Positions 29,370 through 35,830 of a stretch of 64,000 nt of DNA are shown piece after piece; the stretch's first letter is position 1; every line of letters begins with the position of its first letter. This DNA is from Escherichia coli. GTDB taxonomy: Bacteria; Pseudomonadota; Gammaproteobacteria; Enterobacterales; Enterobacteriaceae. The translations under genes were made by a program, and so were the position numbers. The DNA lies in NCBI RefSeq assembly GCF_024700885.2, contig NZ_CP117016.1; one strand, 5' to 3'. Below the pieces are notes generated by a model. That model did no database searches. It was not told where the DNA came from and saw nothing but the letters and a program-made list of their open reading frames with translations.

Positions 29370-31769
29370 ATGGCAGCAGTAAAAATCTCAGGTGTGCTGA
29401 AAGATGGTGCGGGAAAACCAATACAGAACTGCACTATTCAACTGAAGGCAAAGCGTAACAGCACCACGGTACTGGTGAACACGGTGGCCTCTGAAAATCC
29501 TGATGAAGCCGGGCGTTACAGCATGGATGTTGAGTATGGCCAGTACAGCGTCACCCTGCTGGTTGAAGGTTTTCCGCCTTCACATGCCGGGACCATTACC
29601 GTCTATGAAGGCTCCAGACCAGGTACGCTGAATGATTTTCTCGGTGCCATGACGGAAGATGATGTCATGCCGGAGGCATTGCGTCGTTTTGAGGCAATGG
29701 TGGAAGAAGTGGCACGCAACGCCGAAGCCGCCTCTCAGAGCGCAGCGGCGGCAAAGAAATCCGAAACTGCAGCGGCATCATCAAAGAACGCGGCGAAAAC
29801 CTCAGAAACGAATGCAGCTAATAGTGCACAGGCGGCAGCGACCTCAAAGACTGCATCGGCAAACTCCGCGACAGCAGCCAAAAAATCAGAAACCAACGCG
29901 AAAAATAGCGAGACAGCCGCAAAGACGAGCGAAACCAACGCAAAGTCCAGCCAGACGGCAGCGAAAACCAGCGAAACGAATGCCAAAGCCAGTGAAACTG
30001 CGGCAAAAAACAGCCAGGTTGCAGCAGCCCAAAGCGAGAGCGCGGCAGCCGGTTCTGCGACTTCAGCAGCTGGATCAGCAACTGCTGCGGCTAACAGCCA
30101 GAAAGCTGCGAAGACGAGTGAAACTAACGCAAAGTCCAGCCAGACGGCAGCGAAGACCAGCGAAACGAATGCCAAAACCAGCGAAACTGCGGCGAAAAAC
30201 AGTCAGGATGCAGCAGCCCAAAGCGAGAGTGCCGCAGCTGGTTCTGCAAGTGCGGCGGCTTCTTCTGCCACTGCATCAGCCAACAGTCAAAAAGCTGCAA
30301 AAACCAGTGAAACCAACGCAAAGGCGAGCGAGACTGCGGCGGCTAACTCGGCGAAAGCATCCGCTGCAAGCCAGACGGCAGCTAAAGCAAGTGAAGATGC
30401 AGCCAGAGAGTACGCAAGCCAGGCTGCGGAGCCGTATAAACAAGTTTTGCAGCCGCTTCCCGATGTGTGGATACCGTTTAACGATTCACTGGATATGATT
30501 ACGGGCTTTTCGCCGTCATATAAAAAGATTGTTATTGGTGATGATGAAATAACGATGCCTGGCGATAAGGTTGTAAAGTTTAAACGCGCATCAACTGCCA
30601 CATATATCAATAAATCAGGCGTATTTAGTGTTGCTAAAATTGATGAGCCACGATTTGAAAAAGAAGGTTTATTGATTGAAGGACAGCGCACTAACTATTT
30701 TGTTAAATCCAATATCCCCGCTGAATGGACGAGTACCAGCAATATCGATAAAACTAATAATGGTGTTGATGAATTTGGTTTTTCATATGCCAAAATGCGA
30801 ACAAAAGATAATATGACAGGACAATCATCTGCACTTAGTCTGCATACATGCAGTGCATCCCGGGGGATTGATGTTAGTGGCGATAATAAGTATTGCACTG
30901 TTTCATGCAGGGTTAAAGCTCCTGATGGTCTTCGTTGTCGTTTGCGTTTTGAAAAATACGATGGGTCGGTTTATACATTTTTAGGAGATGCTTATTTAAC
31001 TTTCGGAACTCTGATAATAGAAAAAACTGGCGGAGCAGCCAATAGAATAGCAGCTACTGCAACTAAAGATCCGGTTACAGGGTGGATTTTCTATGAGGCA
31101 ACTATAGAAGCTGTTGAAGGTGAAACCTTAATTGGCGCAATGATTCAGTATGCGCCGAAAAAAGGTGGTGTAACTGAAGCGGGAGATTATATTTACCTTG
31201 CAACACCACAATTTGAAAACGGCGGATGTGCTTCATCTTTTGTTATTACGACAACTGTACCCGCAACCCGCTCCAGTGATATGGTGACGATCCCAACTGA
31301 AAATAATATCTATAATAGACCGCTTACGTGCCTGGTCGAGGTTAATAGAAATTGGGGCGATATTCCTCCTAATGTAGCACCGCGTATTTTTGATTTTTCT
31401 GGTGTGCCACCTATTGAGTCAATTACATACGCTTTTAACACAACTGAGAAATATTACGGTCAGCTTTATATGCAAACTTATAAAGCGTCGACAAGTACTT
31501 ACGTTTCTAGTGTGTTTGCTGGTCGAACTGATGTTCGAAAATTCATTGGTGGTTTTAATATTTATTCTGATGGTACTAAACGAGTAGTTTCTAACGGTGA
31601 GGCTACTAAAACTATGAAAACGGAGTGGACGGGCGTAAAAACACGGACCTTTATTCGAATTGGAGGTCAAGCCACATCGGGAACTCGTCATCTATTCGGC
31701 CATTTGAGAAATCTTCGTCTCTGGCATAAAGAATTAACTGATGCGCAAATGGGGGAGAGTATTAAATGA
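29370..31769 (+). CDS. Side tail fibre protein with repetitive Ala/Lys/Thr/Ser shaft and low-GC C-terminal domain
   Basis: N-terminal conserved tail-fibre start (AAVKISGVLKDGAGKPIQNCTIQLKA); repeats AAKTSETNAK; C-terminal ~400 aa markedly AT-rich. Confidence 0.7.
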   Translation: MAAVKISGVLKDGAGKPIQNCTIQLKAKRNSTTVLVNTVASENPDEAGRYSMDVEYGQYSVTLLVEGFPPSHAGTITVYEGSRPGTLNDFLGAMTEDDVMPEALRRFEAMVEEVARNAEAASQSAAAAKKSETAAASSKNAAKTSETNAANSAQAAATSKTASANSATAAKKSETNAKNSETAAKTSETNAKSSQTAAKTSETNAKASETAAKNSQVAAAQSESAAAGSATSAAGSATAAANSQKAAKTSETNAKSSQTAAKTSETNAKTSETAAKNSQDAAAQSESAAAGSASAAASSATASANSQKAAKTSETNAKASETAAANSAKASAASQTAAKASEDAAREYASQAAEPYKQVLQPLPDVWIPFNDSLDMITGFSPSYKKIVIGDDEITMPGDKVVKFKRASTATYINKSGVFSVAKIDEPRFEKEGLLIEGQRTNYFVKSNIPAEWTSTSNIDKTNNGVDEFGFSYAKMRTKDNMTGQSSALSLHTCSASRGIDVSGDNKYCTVSCRVKAPDGLRCRLRFEKYDGSVYTFLGDAYLTFGTLIIEKTGGAANRIAATATKDPVTGWIFYEATIEAVEGETLIGAMIQYAPKKGGVTEAGDYIYLATPQFENGGCASSFVITTTVPATRSSDMVTIPTENNIYNRPLTCLVEVNRNWGDIPPNVAPRIFDFSGVPPIESITYAFNTTEKYYGQLYMQTYKASTSTYVSSVFAGRTDVRKFIGGFNIYSDGTKRVVSNGEATKTMKTEWTGVKTRTFIRIGGQATSGTRHLFGHLRNLRLWHKELTDAQMGESIK
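29740..30330. repeat. Coding tandem repeats in tail fibre gene
   Basis: Two imperfect ~200-bp tandem units (about 29920-30110 and 30122-30310) plus shorter ~24-bp sub-repeats encoding AAKTSETNAK. Confidence 0.6.
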
Positions 31770-32047
31770 AAGATTTAACACTCAAATTTGCAGACAGGGC
31801 CGACTTTTCGGCCTTTATGGAGAGTATTGGCTATTATGATGACGAGTCGATGCAGGATGATATTCTTATTGACGTGATAGGTAACGTGTACAAAGAAACC
31901 GGAGAACTGACTGAAGATGGCGAACCGGTATGTGTTAAGGAAGACGGATATTTTGTAAACGTGCGCATCATTAATGATGTGAAAACACCGTCAATATTCG
32001 ATGAATACGTGGTTGCTGTTGAGCATCAACTTCGTGGCTGGATGTGA
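31766..32047 (+). CDS. Hypothetical acidic protein in tail-fibre module
   Basis: 93-aa ORF, start overlaps stf stop, AT-rich. Confidence 0.3.
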   Translation: MKDLTLKFADRADFSAFMESIGYYDDESMQDDILIDVIGNVYKETGELTEDGEPVCVKEDGYFVNVRIINDVKTPSIFDEYVVAVEHQLRGWM

Positions 32048-32056
32048 GGAAGAAAA

Positions 32057-32761
32057 ATGGCTACATCGACAGTAATTCCAGGAGATATCACCACGCTAAA
32101 GGGAGATGTCAGTAAAACTAAGGAAGATATTTCCTCAATTAACGGAAAAGTATCAACGCTTCAGACTGATATGACCAGTGCAAAGCAGGATATCAGCACC
32201 AGATACACAAAAACTGAAGTTGATAATAAGCTGAAAAACAAAGTGGAAGTGAACGATCTGGAAAGTGGTCGTTATGGCGGAGATTTTTATCCACTGACAG
32301 GTCGTGAAGCGTTTTATTTATGGAATTTGGCCACGACTACAGCGGCGGCAAACCTTTATCTTAATCCTGACCCCGCAATTTCGTCTGTGCTGCGGTCAAC
32401 ATCGTCTATCCGCTATAAACATTCAGTAGAGACAATAGATTCAGAGCACGCTGATCTCATTTTCAGGATGCGCCCTGTGTGGTACAGGTCACAATGCGAA
32501 AATGACAGGCGTGACTGGGGATTCTACGGATTGATTGCCGAGGAAGTAGGAGAAATTGCCCCTCAGTTTGTACACTGGCGACCAGCTAACGAAGATGATG
32601 CTCCTGAAGCTATTTCCAGCAATGGCCTTGTTGCCGAAGGTGTAATGTACGAACGTCTGGTTGTTCCACTGATTCACCATATCCAGAAGCTGACTGAAAG
32701 AGTTGATGAACTTGAGTCAGAATTAAAGTTGTTATTAACTTCCCGAAGCGATATCGGATAA
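32057..32761 (+). CDS. Tail-fibre-type protein with S74-like intramolecular chaperone domain
   Basis: N-terminal coiled coil then S74-like segment (SSIRYKHSVETID...MRPVWY...DWGFYGLIAEEVGEIAPQFVH...LVAEGVMYERLVVPLIHHIQKL). Confidence 0.5.
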   Translation: MATSTVIPGDITTLKGDVSKTKEDISSINGKVSTLQTDMTSAKQDISTRYTKTEVDNKLKNKVEVNDLESGRYGGDFYPLTGREAFYLWNLATTTAAANLYLNPDPAISSVLRSTSSIRYKHSVETIDSEHADLIFRMRPVWYRSQCENDRRDWGFYGLIAEEVGEIAPQFVHWRPANEDDAPEAISSNGLVAEGVMYERLVVPLIHHIQKLTERVDELESELKLLLTSRSDIG

Positions 32762-32771
32762 AGGAGGAATA

Positions 32772-33059
32772 ATGGATATAACACCTTTCCTTCATGCACT
32801 TTGTGCTGTGGCTGCGCAGGTACTGGTTGGTCTTTTTACCGGAAACTGGGCTTACGGGGCGATAGCCGGTTGTACGTTCTTCATTGCGCGTGAACACACC
32901 CAGGCAGAATATCGCTGGATCGAAATGTTCGGGCATGGCAAGCGAATGAATATGCCGTGGTGGGGCGGTTTTGATACACGTGCATGGGATGTGGCAAGCC
33001 TGATGGATTTTGCTGTGCCGGTGGTGGCGTGTCTGCTGATCTGGCTGTTGATCCGTTAA
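32772..33059 (+). CDS. Small membrane protein, unknown function
   Basis: 95 aa with 2-3 hydrophobic segments; RBS AAGGAGG. Confidence 0.3.
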   Translation: MDITPFLHALCAVAAQVLVGLFTGNWAYGAIAGCTFFIAREHTQAEYRWIEMFGHGKRMNMPWWGGFDTRAWDVASLMDFAVPVVACLLIWLLIR

Positions 33060-33061
33060 AT

Positions 33062-33110
33062 ATAAAAAGCCGCAGTAACTTGCCATGGCAGGATACTGCG
33101 GCTGGTTTGT
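33062..33110. terminator. Bidirectional terminator between tail-fibre module and RT gene
   Basis: 10-bp stem AGCCGCAGTA/TACTGCGGCT (33068-33103) with A-run before and T-rich run after. Confidence 0.45.
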
Positions 33111-33166
33111 GAGTTTAAATAGTGTGTTTATTGCGGTATATTTAAAGGACTTAATGGATTACATAT

Positions 33167-34537
33167 CTATGATATTCCTGAGATATCCTCTTCAAGCTCT
33201 TTTACTGATTTCGCAATTTTAAATTTAAACTTCCTCTCTATTTCACTATTGCTAAGTTTTTTTTCCTTCTCTTTACCTATCCACATAGAAACAAGTTCTC
33301 GTTTCTGAGATATATGTAAATTATCAAAGTTAGGTATGTATTTAAAAGTCTCCGCTCTACCTCTGCGGAGTTCATAGAAAGTTTTAATCAAAGACTTTGG
33401 TTTTATTTCTGATGAAAGGCCGAATCGGTGGATAAGATTATTGATAGTATGATTAACAGAGCGAAGTTGAGCTGTTGAGGTTATTTGTGAGAAGTACGAT
33501 ACCCATCCCAATCGTTTACCTTCAAACACACATCCCGTAATTCTGAGATTTAGTTTCCACTGACAATATGCAACAGCTCGTTCTTTATCACGCTTACTTT
33601 TAGCTTGTAGTAGAGCGTGCCTGTATGCAGTAAAAATCCTTGCTAAAGATGACTCAAATCTAAGAATGCTCTCATGTTTTATCAATAATTCTCGATTTTC
33701 TATGTGGTATCCCAAAAAGTTAAAACTTTCATCCAAGCTGCCTACTTTGGATTTTGAGTTCTCTTCATTTAATGGATGTGGGTTTAAATTTAATGATTGA
33801 AGCTTATCAATGATATGAGAAGCTATTTTTGTTGCTTGATATTTTGGTGTTAAAATAAGAATGTCATCAACGTATCGCATGTACCATATGTCATGCATTT
33901 TATTGATTTCATCATCAAAATTAGATAGTGATATTTCAGCTAAAATGTTTGATATCGCTAATCCCTGAGGTACCCCTCTGGTATTATTCGGGATACCTTT
34001 GCTTCCTGTTGTTCCACTTACAGTAGGCACGATTAATGATGATGTTATTAACTGTCTAATTTCTTTTTTTCTAATTTTATTTTTTATTGTATTAATTATC
34101 AATTTATGTTCAATTGAAGGATAGAAACTTTTAAGATCTATTTTTGCATATTCAGCATAAAGACTGCTGTTTAATGCTTCTTTCAATGAGTCAATTACTG
34201 TATGTGGTAGTTTTAATCTGGAGTTAGGATATATTTCCGTAAGGCATTCACAGAGAGTTCTAAGAGTAATTCTGTCCCTAGCAGTTGGTATGGAAATCTG
34301 TCTGGGTGTAGAGTTAGCGCCTTTAGATATTAATTTTTCTTTATATGCTGTAAATTTGTAATTGCCAGAGTTAACCTTTTCAAAAATGAAAGCGATCTCA
34401 TTTTTTATTGTCAAATCAAGTTTTGATGGGCGAATCCGATCTATGCCAATCGCTCCTGATTCTTTGATTTTTTCAGTGTATACTTTTAGAAGGTTTTTTT
34501 TCGAGAATGACTTTTTAAAAATTCTGCTTGCAGTCAT
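33167..34537 (-). CDS. Reverse transcriptase (defence-associated type, unclassified)
   Basis: Ordered RT motifs: RQISIPTARDRITLRTL, KIDLKSFYPSIEH, GVPQGLAISNILAEISLS, YMRYVDDILIL, FNFLGYHI; ~30% GC; alternative TTG start at 34543. Confidence 0.8.
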   Translation of the reverse strand: MTASRIFKKSFSKKNLLKVYTEKIKESGAIGIDRIRPSKLDLTIKNEIAFIFEKVNSGNYKFTAYKEKLISKGANSTPRQISIPTARDRITLRTLCECLTEIYPNSRLKLPHTVIDSLKEALNSSLYAEYAKIDLKSFYPSIEHKLIINTIKNKIRKKEIRQLITSSLIVPTVSGTTGSKGIPNNTRGVPQGLAISNILAEISLSNFDDEINKMHDIWYMRYVDDILILTPKYQATKIASHIIDKLQSLNLNPHPLNEENSKSKVGSLDESFNFLGYHIENRELLIKHESILRFESSLARIFTAYRHALLQAKSKRDKERAVAYCQWKLNLRITGCVFEGKRLGWVSYFSQITSTAQLRSVNHTINNLIHRFGLSSEIKPKSLIKTFYELRRGRAETFKYIPNFDNLHISQKRELVSMWIGKEKEKKLSNSEIERKFKFKIAKSVKELEEDISGIS

Positions 34538-35066
34538 AGTCAATCCAAAGATATATTAATGGGAGTATATAAAGGGCGGCAGTAGTAAATATTCGAAGTA
34601 ATATCCATAAAATAACAATTATTTTTTCTTTTTGTGTGGGGATCCTCGTCGTAAGTCCAACTTGAGTTACCCTTGAAATTTTATCATCTATGTCACGGTG
34701 ATTCTCAACCTCATTGAGCAAATTAAAATATTTTTCTTTCTGTTCAAGAGTTAACTGTTGACTGGTGGTAATGTCAAAATAGAGTCGCTGTAGTGCAATA
34801 TAATTCCTTCTCATGGCTATTGCTCGACCACGAAAATCTAGGTTAGATACGATCAGCGAAATACCCAGTAGGGCCACCGAAAGTATTGCCGCAACGATAT
34901 CTGTGTTATCTCCTAGAACTTTTGGAAATCGCAACGTTACAATTGAAAGTACCGCACTCAATATAGCATACCAAACGAGGATAAATTGAGAGTGCTTTTC
35001 AAGCCATTCTAGTCGATGGTGCGCTTGGATACGGGCTTTATATGTAAACCAAATATTGTCATGCAT
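34515..35066 (-). CDS. Small multi-TM membrane protein, candidate effector partner of RT
   Basis: 183 aa; hydrophobic helices FILVWYAILSAVLSIVTL, IVAAILSVALLGISLIVSNL, IIVILWILLRIFTTAALYILPLIYLWI; 3' end overlaps RT start; RBS AAGGA. Confidence 0.6.
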   Translation of the reverse strand: MHDNIWFTYKARIQAHHRLEWLEKHSQFILVWYAILSAVLSIVTLRFPKVLGDNTDIVAAILSVALLGISLIVSNLDFRGRAIAMRRNYIALQRLYFDITTSQQLTLEQKEKYFNLLNEVENHRDIDDKISRVTQVGLTTRIPTQKEKIIVILWILLRIFTTAALYILPLIYLWIDYDCKQNF

Positions 35067-35288
35067 AAAAGATCCTTTTTAAAAGCGGAAGGGGCAGGAT
35101 ATATTGGAATCATTGAACATCCTGCCCGGCAGGATCAGTGAGCATAAGCTCAACAGTAAAATATTACTGTTCATTATCAGAGCCGCCCTTGCATGCACAA
35201 GAGGAAAAACCTGCCCCATCCTTTTGAATTATTACAATTTAATGATCTTAAAGTCAATACAAGTGAATGGTGTCCAGAGATGATGAAC
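35067..35288 (-). promoter_or_regulatory. Structured leader upstream of membrane-protein/RT operon
   Basis: Three copies of GGGGCAGG/CCTGCCCC in alternating orientation; hairpin ending ~25 nt before start codon. Confidence 0.3.
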
Positions 35289-35537
35289 TTAATGAACAAA
35301 CCACTCGTCAGCAGACTCCCAGGTATCTTTCAGAGTTTCCTGAACAAAAGTTTTAGCTGAATCTTTATCGGCGGTGCGCGTAACAGAAAGGCCATCGTTG
35401 CTGGTGGCTTTTACGATCACCTCTACATCGTCATAACGCTTACTGATGCGTCGAGTTAATTCTTCCTTTAACGCATCCACAGCACCGCTTGGCATTTTAG
35501 TCATTTTCTCTTTAGCTATGCAGATCTCAATACGCAT
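35289..35537 (-). CDS. DinI-like protein
   Basis: 82 aa; MRIEI...AKEK...LPAGA-DAL--EL-RRI...[10 protein letters not shown] pattern of the DinI family. Confidence 0.75.
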   Translation of the reverse strand: MRIEICIAKEKMTKMPSGAVDALKEELTRRISKRYDDVEVIVKATSNDGLSVTRTADKDSAKTFVQETLKDTWESADEWFVH

Positions 35538-35550
35538 AAAAATCCCTCTA

Positions 35551-35598
35551 CACTGTGTTTGTATACAGTGTTATTTTTAACTGTATGAATAAACAGTG
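35551..35598 (-). promoter_or_regulatory. Two tandem LexA (SOS) boxes in dinI-like promoter
   Basis: CACTGTgtttgtatACAGTG (35551-35570) and AACTGTatgaataaACAGTG (35579-35598), both CTGT-N8-ACAG, 14-61 nt upstream of the start codon. Confidence 0.6.
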
Positions 35599-35617
35599 TC
35601 AATAGAACAAAGATTGC

Positions 35618-35740
35618 TGCATGTACAAATGTTCTTTGGCTACAAATACACCTACTGATCATGTTCTGCTATGCTCTGATACCTCCAAAATGTACAATCA
35701 GCGGCATGAATTTTTCTTTGTACATATGATTGTACATAAT
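35618..35740. repeat. TGTACA hexamer array in phage-derived prfC upstream region
   Basis: TGTACA at 35622, 35691, 35719, 35731; last two as direct repeat TTGTACATA separated by 3 nt. Confidence 0.4.
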
Positions 35741-35756
35741 TAAAGAGACAACAATT

Positions 35757-35830
35757 ATGACAAGCCTTTTGGCCGCAGAGGTAGCGAAAAGAAGAACCTT
35801 TGCAATTATTTCTCACCCGGACGCCGGTAA
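35757..35830. other. Inferred attR / prophage-chromosome junction within 5' end of prfC
   Basis: prfC N-terminus reads [15 protein letters not shown], differing from the canonical RF3 N-terminus as I recall it, then converges on conserved sequence. Confidence 0.4.

Larger units (their letters stand above)
1..35830. mobile_element. Lambdoid prophage, right-hand portion (replication region to attR); integrase/attL end outside window
   Basis: Contiguous lambda-order modules (O-like, Q, lysis, cos, terminase, portal, capsid, Z-U-V-G-T-H-M-L-K-I-J, lom, stf) ending where sequence becomes the prfC core gene. Confidence 0.85.

Noticed and set aside
29740-30330. Possible CRISPR array (tandem repeats)
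   Set aside because: Repeats are long, imperfect, in-frame coding repeats of the tail fibre with no unique spacers and no cas genes.
29659-30498. 279-aa Arg/Gln-rich plus-strand ORF and Ala-rich minus-strand ORFs across the tail-fibre repeats
   Set aside because: Alternative-frame readings of the tandem repeats; periodic low-complexity products that follow the repeat unit, not independent genes.
35067-35288. Retron msr/msd ncRNA upstream of the RT operon
   Set aside because: Only 8-9-nt inverted repeats are present, without the longer a1/a2 repeats or other retron hallmarks I could recognise, so it is reported only as a structured leader.
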